Assembly: GCA_000934665.2 (NCBI GenBank)
Contig: KZ538422.1
Span: forward strand, 1 to 64,000
Source of the DNA: Catajapyx aquilonaris
Taxonomy: Eukaryota
DNA length: 64,000 nucleotides
Direction: 5' to 3'
Of the stretch, positions 27,205-39,500 are shown piece after piece. Position 1 is the first letter of the stretch. Each line of letters opens with the position of its first letter. Position numbers and translations under genes: made by a program. The notes under the pieces are model-generated. The model worked only from the letters and a program-made list of their open reading frames with translations, had not been told where the DNA came from and ran no database searches.

Positions 27205-28364
27205 TTTCTAGGTAATGTTGGATTGCTCTCGGACAACGTAAATATCTGAAAAAGATCACCTTGATTACAAAGGTCCGGTAAAATATCAGTTAAATAGTGA
27301 GGCCATTTTTAGGACTCTTATTAGTTATATTAATAACAAATAAAATGTTGAAAATAGGGAAGAGCCAGTGAGAGACGAGTGACGAGTGAGCTCATTACCC
27401 CCTTTATCATACTTTTGTAACGACAATGTTTGACCATTTGTAACGATAATATAGCAATATGACGAGACCATAATTTGTTCCGTGTGATGCTGGCAATCGA
27501 GAGAGGGGCGGGCGGAAGAAGTTCATATGACTTTTCTTTAACTGTGATTTGTGACCTTTTGCTTTGCGACCAGATACCTTTCTCAAGCAGGGTGTTCCTC
27601 CAAGGCAATGTCACTGGTTTTAAATCCGTAAAAGGCTTGTCTCACATTACCAAGATTGACCGTGTTTCAGATATCGATGATGACTAGTGCATTTAAATCC
27701 ATATATGGTTTTACCTGTCTAGTTCATTACACTCGGGATCCCACCGGGATCAAAATCTAGCATCTAATATTACATGATACCAGTGCCAAAGTTATCCATG
27801 ATTCCACATGGACGTGATTAATTTCGTTTTACAGGTAACCTTGAGGGGTTATGAAGTCACGTGACAATCGTAACTCCAGGACAAAATAATATATTCATCG
27901 AAAAGGTAGATGCCATTTAAGCCTAGGCCTCGATGAAAGAATGAAGGTGACGTTAATTTTGTACAGAAATACACGAATGTTCAGTGAAGATCCAGTGGAA
28001 GTAATTTTACTGTCCTCGGAATGTTCACCCAACATTCTTGGCATTTAAAAATCGGGTTGTTATTTTTAAATACTTATCCATGTGTGGTTGTCACTGAGTT
28101 TATCTTGCAACCTAGTGTTATGTAGGTCCATTGCCCCACATTTCCTTAATATTTATAATAGACACTGACAAATGGGCAAAAGTACTATGTCCAGTGCTGA
28201 ATATTCACTTGAGATTCACGGGACATTTGAATTGAACTTTTACTTTGAGGACATTGATACAACATTACTGAACATACATTTCTGTGCAATTTAAGTTATT
28301 ACAGAGAGGTTATAGCCACTCCACTTCCAATTGCATAGCCTACCTAATGACGATTACTTGTGAC

Positions 28365-28512
28365 TAATGTACGGAAAACGAGAGAATGATCTGGCGTCAT
28401 TGTTTCTTCCATTGTTGCTTTTTTTGGACACTGTTTACTCATATTGTTCTGGGATGGTATTTCCATGGAAACCTTGATGACGTCAGATCGTTCTATCATT
28501 TTCCGTACATTA
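28365..28512. mobile_element. Small inverted-repeat element (MITE-like)
   Basis: TAATGTACGGAAAACGAGAGAATGATCTGGCGTCAT / ATGACGTCAGATCGTTCTATCATTTTCCGTACATTA. Confidence 0.6.
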
Positions 28513-28836
28513 CCTGTAATCACTTACCATTAAGTTTCACTAAGTAGTTTCGAACTCATGAATTAGTTTTTCCTCCCTTTATCTCACATCCCCCCCCNNN
28601 NNCCCCCCCCCCCCCCCTCTCGGAATTATTGACTTTATGATCACCTATATTACCTCTTTTCTGCTAATGTGCAAGAAAAAAAGCCCATTTCATTTGATCA
28701 GCAATTGGATGACCTGAGGTGATCGAACCTTTCCAATCTGCCAGTTAATTCGAGCCCTTTCGCGAAGTGTAAATATATGGCTTCCCAGCCATTGCGACAG
28801 AGAGTGTCGTCTACCCTAACTATACGAGTGGATTTT

Positions 28837-29096
28837 ACTCACCCTCGAATGCTTTCAAACTACCTTTAATTTTCCTTTGCTTCACAATGTCACTTAACAG
28901 CAGGCTGTGTAAAATCGGCAGCAAATCGAACAGTAAGAACACCCTGCACCCCGGCAGCGAACTTGCCGCCACAATCGCTGATGTGTTCTGTATACAACAG
29001 CCGCTGTGAGCTAGTGGCGCTGATTTCCACAATCGTCTACAATATACAAATATCGATTCTAATAATTCGATTCCTATTTACAGCTAAAAGGTAAGA
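28837..29096. promoter_or_regulatory. Candidate bidirectional promoter with non-coding first exons (ADCK5 and the minus-strand gene)
   Basis: CpG-richer patch with a minus-strand donor GTGAGT at 28842-28837, a plus-strand donor AAG|GTAAGA at 29091 and a DRE-like TATCGATT at 29051. Confidence 0.5.
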
Positions 29097-29478
29097 ATAC
29101 AACAAAATGTTACTGTATTTAGCATATTTAATGCAAAACTTACTTATATAATGAGTAGTATCATTTATAAAAAGATAATTTTGATAGCGGTAGAGCAGTA
29201 TCCGAATGCGTATTACCTTAGGGCACTTAGCATGTGAGGGTGGTGAGGGCCTGGAGTATGTAGCTTTCTACACACTTCCTTAGGAACAAGAATTCTGTCA
29301 CATTTGGATATTGCCGACCTCAAGAATAACGGAACATGTGTTGAACTGCTGTTCATGCTTGCCTTCATGCTTCATGGTACGGTACGCTGACAAGGGCTCT
29401 AGACATTTGGATAATTTCTGGAAATGTTGGATATGTAAATGTGCTAATTGTGATTTAGGTTTTTAAAATTTTCAGATT

Positions 29479-30539
29479 ATGCATTCTGTGGTGCGACATG
29501 TGGCGAGTAGGTTCATACCTCATCCAGTATTTAGTTTGCGTCACTTGTACTCAACTACCCCGACACCCAAGATACGCTTTCGACAGTATTTGAAATGGGG
29601 CATTATAGGGATGAGCATCGCTGTACCTGCGGGGTGCTTGATCAGCATGGACAAAAAAGATCTGCGTGTGGCCATTTGCACCGTGAAAGGATTCAGGCGT
29701 TTCATTCGGTAGCCCTTGTGTCAAGTAAGTGAAGTTGTTTAGCAGAATTGTGAGGCTTAATTTGGCATTTTCAGGTCGTCGCAAATTGGACTGACAATAT
29801 CCTTAGACTACTGGTGGTCACTGTATTCTTTGAACGAGGATTCTGCTGACTATGATGAAGCTCTAACTCAATGCCACCAAAGGTCTGCAGAGCGGATACA
29901 TCAAGGGTGCCTCTTGAATGGCGGGTTATACATCAAGCTGGGCCAAGGCTTGGCAGCATTGAATCATATCTTGCCAGTAGAATATGTTGAGAAGTTAAAG
30001 GTAAGACGTTTAACAATACTGTTATTCCTCACTAACCGGTAAAATAATAATATTCTAGTCATTTGGAGTTGCTGATTCCTCTTCGGGGAGGGAGGGGGGG
30101 GGGGGGNAGTTGTTTATAGGCTTATTTTTACAAGTTTTAATATAGTTCATATTTTGGGTTAGCTTGCGGCTCCCGTCATCGCTGACTACCCCTTATCGGG
30201 AAATGTTGTGATGATGATGATGATGATGATGATGAAAAACAGCAATATTAGTACTGCCTATGGAAAAGTTTTGGAAATTTTGGAACCTATCTCATTTACT
30301 TACGTTATAATTTCGTCTTGTTTTACACCAATTCACTTTATGCCATGTTTTGCTGGAACCAATTAACGGCGTAAAACAGGTGTAGGTGATTTTACAGGCC
30401 ATTTCATTAACCCATTTGTTCCCAGCATCCTACATATAATGGTTGGGAAAAATTTATTTCTTGAAGTTGTGCATATAAATCACAGAATAAGCAAGCTGAA
30501 CCACTTCATGAAAGTAATCTAGTGGGAGAATGCAGATAC

Positions 30540-30596
<57 letters not shown>

Positions 30597-33500
30597 GATG
30601 CCCCGTGATAGGCCCCTTGGGCCTCTTAGGGGATCATCTTTTCGTGAACCGTCTTTAATCATTGCCTGTAATGTGATGGATTTTTATTGCGGGAGGAAAC
30701 GGGAGAACCCCGAGAAAACCCCGCGAACACGGAGAGAACCCTTCGAAACTCTATCCACATAAGCATCCTTTTCGCGACCCGGGGATCGAACTCGGGACCT
30801 TAGAGGTGGAAGGCTGTGGCGCTAACCACTCCGCCACCGTGTCGCCCTGAATGCAGATACATCACATTTTAGTAATTCTATCAGCCCCAATTACAAGTTG
30901 AATTTTGGGAAATTTGCCAATTTCAGAACAGGAGCAATTGAGTAACCATTTCCTTGAATTATAAATAAATATACAGCTTTGAAAAATAAATACAGTGTAT
31001 GACTGTTCTAAGAAAGGTTGTGGGAAGCTACCATAAAATATATACATTGTTGGCCTTTATGAGCTGGCAAATGGCAGCAAGGGAAATAATGGTGTCCTCC
31101 AATCCATTAATACTTTTGATAGCCACTAAAGTAACTGCTTGAATTATACAGATTAGTGCCAACAACAGCCACAGCAATCAGAGAAGTATTTTAGATCACC
31201 CTGTATAGTCAGGTGTTACATAGTGCAACTTGGGACCCATACTTTCCAAGATGTAAAAAGAGAGAGACCTTTGAAAAAGTTATGAAACTCAATATAATGG
31301 GCTTAAATACCTGAATGATTGGGATATAATACGATTCCATCGTTGATACCAGCACTGCACCATTAAATGTGAGAATTGCCACATTGCATTGCTTGTAAAG
31401 TGAAGCAATGAGTGGAGAAAAAATTATACAGATTGTCCTACCTTTCTATACAGGAGTTTCTGAATTCAGCCGACAAGCTTCTAGGGGTAATAGAGGGGAC
31501 CAAGACAAACATCTATCTTCTATATCAATAAAGACAGATGTGAGTCTGTCTGTCTTTCTGTCTGTCTGTCCGCCCACCAATGCCATCTGTGGACCAATAC
31601 TCCAACACCTTCAACCTCTCCCGCCTGTATAACCCCAACCGTTATTTGCCTGCCATCTGTGGTCCATCTGCAACACCTCCAACCTCTCCCGGCCTTCCCA
31701 ATTTTCTATCAATAAAGACGGCTGTGATTCTGTCTGTCTGTCTGTCCGTCCGTCCGTCCGTCCGGCACACCAACCATCTCATTCGCCTGCCGTCTGTGGT
31801 CCGCTTCCTGCACCTCCAACCTCTTCATATAGGAACCCATGTTCGGAAACTCTTCTGAGAGACATGTTCCTTGTCTATTGACCCCCTCTAGATGGTGTGT
31901 CCAGACACATGTTCCTATATGAAATATGTTTGTTTTGGTCCCCTCTATTACCCCTAGAAGTTTGTCGGTTGGATTCAAAAACTCCCTGTATATAGGACGC
32001 CTTGTAACTTCTGTTGCAATTAAAAATTTACGCTGAACTATTTTTTTCTATCTTAGTTTCTGGGTAAATCCATATCAAGGCGATCACTCATGAAACCTTA
32101 CCTCCTCCGATTTTGACCAAATTTGGCAGAATTGTAGGTGTCATCGAGATATGGTATTGGACCAAATTACATGCCAATTTGTTCGACCTGTTCGGCGTGA
32201 GAGGTCACGGGAATTGTCGCTCTCGGTCAGCAAGCGCCGCAATTTTTCGGACATTTTCTTGAATAACTTTCTCTATGGGTCACATTTGGACAATGAGCAT
32301 ATGTATGGGTAGATCATAGTTAGATGCACCATGATATGTCACTTGTATGAAAATATTCCTTAATTTATGCACGTGCCATGGAGTTTCTTTCTGTGACCTT
32401 CGACCTCATTTTAAAGAAATTGATGCATCTTCGATTTTGAAAATTGATGTGCCATATGAAAGGGCAGATCATGGTCTAAGTGACTGCCAAAAATCAGGAT
32501 GGGCCCTCCAGAGGCCGCTGAGAAAATAAATAAAACGTGTACCACCAGCCGGTGACGCATATGTGTGAAGTAAACAGGCCACCTGAAACCAGTACCTTTG
32601 ATGGCGAATTGACTCACCTCTTGTGACGAGTATTGTTTTGGCTGCCTCTGTTGATGTATTGGCTCCCACATGAGTGGGTGTGTGTGTTGATTCTTGGGGT
32701 AGGTGTTCTGAGCTCAGTTGGAAAGTGTCAGTTCCAAGTGACAGGGTCCTTGTCCTTTGGTGTGTGGTCATTATTATTACTGTAAGTACCTGTATTGCAC
32801 ATTTTTGGTTTATTATGTCGGAAATTTTGCAAGCAGTACCTTATCACTATTTGGCAGGTTAGTCACTTGCAATGGCATGTTCGGTTGGTTATATCCTGAA
32901 TGAACCATGCCCAAGTGGTAGTCGTGATGTAGTGTTGCATTCCATCAGCAGAGAAGAGGAGGAGCTAGTTCAGTTAAGGATAGGCCATTCTGAAACAATT
33001 GAGAATGTGTGCGATGAACACCGTAACAGGTTACTGCGAGTCTACAGTGTTAAGCAGAAAAAGTGCTGTGATCCTCTTGCTATGCACTCAGATGAAATTA
33101 GGAGGAAAAACATCAGGCCGATCACACTGGACACTGTTCATAATTCCGCCTTAGAACTAATTCCTGGACAAAAACTCTGCACGCCTTGTCGCAAAGCAAT
33201 CTTACAGTATCATATATCCCATGATGATGACAACTGTGAGAATGATTCCGAACCTGAAGGCGCAGGTAACGAATCTGATGCACCGTACGAGCCAATTGAG
33301 GGTGCCTTATCAGAAGTTATTTCCAGCCTCAATGAATCTGTTGTTCCGCTGGTGGGGGAGTCTCCAATTGTGGCCAAAAAAATGACGCAGAAAAAGTACC
33401 CAGGGAAGAAACTGAAACAAATTCATGAAGGAGTCCGAAAACGCCTGAAGATGACGCCAGAAGGGGAAAATGAGCAGCAAATTCAGTTAAGAAGTAGTGC

Positions 33501-36500
33501 AGATTATGCTGAGGAAATGCTGTCACAGTTGAAGGACAAGTTTAACGTTGCTACAAACCGAAGTGAAAGAATGCAGATTTTAACAGTGTTGCCTCGCAGT
33601 TGGAGCATAAGAAAAATCATGGGCCAATTTAACACAACATATCACATGGCAAGGGGCTCCAAACGTCTTCAGCAAGAGAAGGGGGTGCTTTCATCCCCAA
33701 ATCCCAAACCTGGAAAATCACTGGATGACACCACAGTAAAAACCGTAAGAGAATTTTTTGAGAGCGATGATGTCAGTCGTTGTATGCCAGGGAAGAAGGA
33801 TTGTGTTACAGTAAGAATTTGTGGAAAAAAAGAAGTCGTTCAGAAGAGACTGCTCTTGTGCAATTTGAAAGAAGCCTACAGCTACTTCAAAGAGCAGAAT
33901 CCTACAGCCAAAATAGGATCTAGCAAGTTCGCTGAATTGCGTCCCAAAAATGTAGTGCTGGCAGGGGCAAGTGGTACACACAACGTATGCACTTGTCTGA
34001 CACATCAGAATGTGAAGCTGATGGTTGAAGGGATGCAACTGAAAACTACTCCAGAATTTGAGGATCTTCTTGACAATTACACCGGCAACATTTCCTACAA
34101 ACACCTCATAGCTGCAATAACATGCAATCCGCCTCAACCCACTTGCTTGCTAAATGAGTGCATGATGTGCAGCAGCAAAAAGGACTCGGAATCTTGTGAC
34201 TACTGTAGCGGGGAAGAACATGATGAAAGCGAAAGCCAATTATTCTGCCCCTGTTGTGACCGGATTCGGAGCCTGCGGAGTGCCATCAGTGATAGATTCG
34301 AGGAGCTCCAAAGTGATTACATAACGTATAGATCCTGGGTTTCTGCTGACCGGACAACTTTAGAAGTAATCACAAAAGGTACAGATGACTTCATGGAAAT
34401 TCTTATGGAGAGACTGGTGGCACTTCGCAGGCACGATTTCATAGCTAAACAACAAGCTTCTTTTCTGCGAAGCAAGAAGGAGAGCATCAGAGAAGGAGAA
34501 ATTGTGGTTTTATGTGATTTCTCTGAAAACTATTCCTTTGTGGTGCAAGATGCTGTGCAGGGTTATCATTGGACAAACGATCAGGCGACAATACACCCTT
34601 TTCTAACCTACTACTACTGCCCTGAAACCCCTGAAATCAAGACCATCAGCTACGTTATCATTTCTAATTCCATGACTCATGACACTATTGCAGTCCACCT
34701 TTTCATCAAGAAGTTGATTACATATTTAAAAACAAAAATCCCAGTCTCGCATATTTCATACTTTTCCGATGGAGCTGCTTCCCAATACAAAAATCGCAAA
34801 AATTTCCTCAACTTGGCCCACCACCATCATGATTTCGGAATTTTGGCAGATTGGCACTTTTTTGCTACCAGCCATGGAAAAGGACCCTGCGATGGACTGG
34901 GAGGCACTGTAAAAAGACTTGCAGCGAAGGCCAGCCTGCAACGACCCAATGAGAACCACATCACCACAGCAGAGCAGCTGTTTCAGTGGGCAGAAGGTGC
35001 CTTCAACAGTGTCGCCTTCCACTATGTGGCAAAAGAAGATGTTAAAATAGAAGAGGCACTGTTGCAGGAGAGAATGGACGCAGCCATACCGATCAGAGGC
35101 ACACAAAAGCTACATTCTTTTCAACCCGTGTCAGGCTCTTGCGATAAAGTGACTGTCCGTATGTACTCCACGGAAGAGAGAGGGAAGATTGTGAGAGTTG
35201 GTAGACTGAAAAGTGAATAGAGACACCACCCATCCGTGCAATCTTCACTTCCAGAACACGATAGACTGTACAAGTAAGTCTAAAATACTTCTACATCATA
35301 TCACGTATCATTTCATAATCCTAGGTGGTCTCACATTGCCAGATAGCCTGTTTACATCACACACACTACCCCAAGGATCAACACACAAGCCCACTCATGT
35401 GGGAGCCAATACATCAGCAGAGGCAGCCAAAACAATACTCGTCACAAGAGGTGAGTCAATTCTCCATCAAAGGTGCTGGTTTCAAGTGGCCTGTTTACTT
35501 CACACATATGCGTCACCGGCTGGTGGTACACGTTTTATTTATTTTCTCAGCGGCCTCTGGAGGGCCCATCCTGATTTTTGGCAGTCACTTAGACCATGAT
35601 CTGCCCTTTCATATGGCACATCAATTTTCAAAATCGAAGATGCATCAATTTCTTTAAAATGAGGTCAAAGGTCACAGAAAGAAACTCCATGGCAAATGGC
35701 ACGTGCATAAATGAAGGAATATTTTCATACAAGTGACATATCATGGTGCATCTAACTATGATCTACCCATACATATGCTCATTGTCCAAATGTGACCCAT
35801 AGAGAAAAAGTTATTCAAGAAAATGTCCGAAAAATTGCGGCGCGTGCTGACCGAGAGCGACAATTCCCGTGACCTCTCACGCCGAACAGGTCGAACAAAT
35901 TGGCATGTAATTTGGTCCAATACCATATCTCAATGAAACGTACAATCCTGCCAAATTTGGTCAAAATCGGAGGAGGTAAGGTAAGTTCCAAGACCAAAGT
36001 GATCGGATTCACGTGGACTTACCCTTCTGCCTTCTAACACATGACAAAATATTATTAAAATATCATAAGTAGATCAACCTTGGGAACAATGGGTTAATAA
36101 GCAACCCTGAAGTGAGTGTGAGATTTAGGAGATGGGAATCTACAGTTTCCTGAATTGATCTCAGTTCCTGTATGCTGTCATAGTGTGAGCAGGTTGTGGT
36201 CCTCAGTGTGATTCTAGGGTTTTCAGAAACTTAGTGTGGCTTTTAGACCTTCTGCAAAAGTTAGCAGTACCTATCAATAAATATGGAGTGGAATTTTCGT
36301 CCCACTGTTAGTTCCTGCTAACTTAGCAGTAACCATCCCCAACAATGGTACTGCTAAGCTAGCAGTAATTAGCAGTGGGACGAAAATTCCACCCATGGTT
36401 ATTCATGAGACAGTTTACAGGAGAATCTCGGCTTCCTGGAAGAAGTATGCTTCTAGCCGAGACTTAACAGAAGGACAAATAACTCGCCTCTGTATGAATA

Positions 36501-39500
36501 TACGTAGAACTACTCGTATATGTGCAAATTAGCCTTTTGTGAACTAATGTTTCTTTTATACATTTATTAATATTTCCAGTATTTTTTATTGTGATTTTAC
36601 TGTGGAAAATGTTTTAGAGTTTGCAGGACCAATGCCTCATGCGTCGTAGCCATGAAGTGATTCACCTTTTTTTGGAGGACTTTGGCAAGCCACACACAGA
36701 GATATTTAAGAGTTTTGATGAGAACCCTGTGGCTGCTGCAAGTTTAGCGCAGGTGTTTCGTGCTCGCACCCAGGATGACAAAGAGGTGGCTGTGAAGGTC
36801 CAATTTATTGACCTGAGAGATCGATTTGATGGTGATATTAAGACACTTGAACTTTTGATGGAAATTGTTACATGGATGCATCCTAAGTTTGCCCTGAAAT
36901 GGATTTTAAAGGTATAAATAATCAGTCAGTTCACAATACTTTGGGTTAGTAACTTGCATTGTTTTGCAGGATTTGAAAGATACTTTAGCTCAGGAGCTAG
37001 ATTTTGTACATGAGGGCAAGAATGCTGAACGTTGTGCCCAGGACTTGAAGATGTTTTCATTTGTGCATGTGCCAGCAATACATTGGGATAAGACAACACA
37101 GGTGCCTCATTGCACATGCCATTCATGATGACATTACCTGCCACATTTTTTTTTACAGAGGGTGCTGACAATGGACTTCATAGATGGGATGAAGATCAGT
37201 GACAAAGTAAAGCTGAAAGGGAATGGATTTTCACTGAAGGATATAGATACAAAGCTGATCACTATCTCCTCAGAGCAAATTTTCCGCACTGGCTTTGTCC
37301 ATGCAGACCCACATCCTGGGAACAGTAGGATGCATTCCTTGCTCTTCTACAGTATACAGTAAAATCTCGATATAATGCTCGTGCATATACCGCTTTCCTG
37401 CTTTTAACGCCCTTTTTCCAGTCCCTTGGTCAGCCCCATAAGGCCCAATGGTAAATTTTCCCGCTTATAGCACTTTCCCGCATATACAGCTTGGTTTCCC
37501 TGGTCCGCAAGAGAATTGAAAAGTTTTATATTTGGAAAACAGCACTTATGTTAAAGCCAATTCTGCTTAGGTGACGGGCATGGGGAATGCCCGTCACCTA
37601 AGCAGAATTGGCTTTAACATAAGTGCTCCCCCTAAGTTATCAATTTTATGCCATGTAAATTTCACCTATCCCGCTTTTAACGGCCCTTTTTTCTGGCCCC
37701 TGGACCATCCCCATAAGGCCCAATGGTAAATTCTCCCACTTATAGCGCTTCCCGCTTGTAACGCTTGGTTTCCCTGGTCCCCAGACACACTTGTCCCACA
37801 TATAACTTCAATTTTCATCACTCTCCTCTGTCCTCCCCATAATTGTGATAATGGGGAGGAAAGTGACGGAAATTTTAACAATTCTAATTTGGCTACAAAC
37901 ATTATATTTAACATTTGAAGGTGTCGGTGCAATACTGCCCTAACCCTCCCAAACCTGATTTTGAGAAAACTGAAGTTGAAAGTTTGAGATGACCCATAAA
38001 TTACCTTTTCCATAGGACAATTTTCATATCTCCCCCAATATACAAGGCATTAATAAGGGATACTTATGTGCTATTATGATGATGATGATGCACCACCGAC
38101 TCTAAGAATGAACAAAATAAGGTGGCCACGTGTGAAAAAAAGGGTTAGGGCAGTATTGCACCCAACTTGTAATGCGAACTAAATTTTGGTCAAGAACGTA
38201 TCACAAGCTTCACTAGTTAGTTTAGTGATCATATAAATTATATCAAATGAACTGTCGTGAGATGAGGAACATTTTGGTGGCATCGGGTATAACCTAGATT
38301 GTAAAATAAAAATGCTAAAAAATTCGCATTATTGTTCAAAACGGACACATTTCATATGGTCCAATGTCATTGCTAAACACATGCTAAGCGTACCATACAC
38401 TTCTAATTTATACTGTAAGCTTAAGCTAGAGAAATGAAAAACCCCTGGATGGGGGTGGTCCTAAACTTTCGGGAAAGACTGCGTGGTACGTGGGCAGGTC
38501 AGTTCAGGTTAACGTGGTTTATGGGCTTCATTCTACAGTGAAGGCATTTATTTCCTGAGAAAAGGGTGAATTAAATAGTATTTCCCGCATATAACACTAC
38601 TTTGGGTCGGTCCCTTGAAGAGCCTTATATTGAGGTTTTACTGTATATCTGGTTTTGATAACTCATATTTTTTCTGTTCTTTTTCCTTGGCACAGTCCTA
38701 ATTCGTAAAGGCCCAGACAACAAAGCACAGCTGGTGCTGCTTGACCATGGGCTGTATGAAGAACTGCCAGACAAGACACGCAAGTCGCTCTGCATGCTGT
38801 GGAAGTCAATTGTCCTCAAGGATCATCCAAACATGCAGAAATGTTCTTTGGAACTGGGGGTTAAAGGTATGTTAAGGTTTGTGTAGGACATCAAGTGAAA
38901 AGCGGAAAAGACCTGACCAAGCGAAGGTGATGGGAGACAGGATTTTATCCCTGGACCTCCCGCTTGGTTGGCCAGCAGCATATCCACTAGCCCACCACGA
39001 CCCTTATGATAAAAGACACTATGATCAGTGCATTTTTCCAAACGTGACATTATTTTCAAAATACCCACCTCATAAAAATGGGCCTTCTGATACTGTAACC
39101 CAAATTCGCATGCAAATGCAACTTCCTCGTCAATGTTGAACTTTCTTTCCCACAGGGTCAGTTTGAGAAAGGTGACAATTTATTGCTAGGTCTAAAGTCA
39201 CGTGTATCTCATGCATATTAGCTAGTATCTGACCACTTGACCATAGGTAGCTAATGACTGCTCTCTATTCCTCTGTGGTGGACATTTACAGCATGGGGTG
39301 TAGTGGTGAATTCCACCCTAACCCACACATACCTGATTTTCAGAAAACTGCAGTTGAAAGTGCTAGAGGCCATAGTAGCCTACATCCCATATTCCATGTG
39401 ACTTTTTTCATTTGATTTCTCAGTGACTGATGGCAGAAACTGCACAATCTCAATGTATTTTATTAGATACATGAGGGTAGTACATTTTAATTGATATTTA

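Larger units (their letters stand above)
30411..36093. mobile_element. piggyBac-like non-autonomous element, interrupted by younger insertions
   Basis: TTAA-CCCATTTGTTCCCA at the left end and TGGGAACAATGGG-TTAA at the right end (CCC/GGG termini, TTAA TSD). Confidence 0.6.

Noticed and set aside
27330..27687. Opposing 94-aa and 70-aa ORFs
   Set aside because: No motifs. They lie in the presumed 5' region of the minus-strand gene.
34240..34266. CPCCDR resembling the C-terminal CRCDR motif of ARL14EP
   Set aside because: Too short, and the Cys spacing differs. Treated as coincidence unless a profile search supports it.
33329..35106. Antisense ORFs inside the transposase
   Set aside because: Shadow frames of a long coding region.
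35213..36012. ORFs mirrored at 32347-32771
   Set aside because: By-products of the transposon's inverted repeats, not genes.
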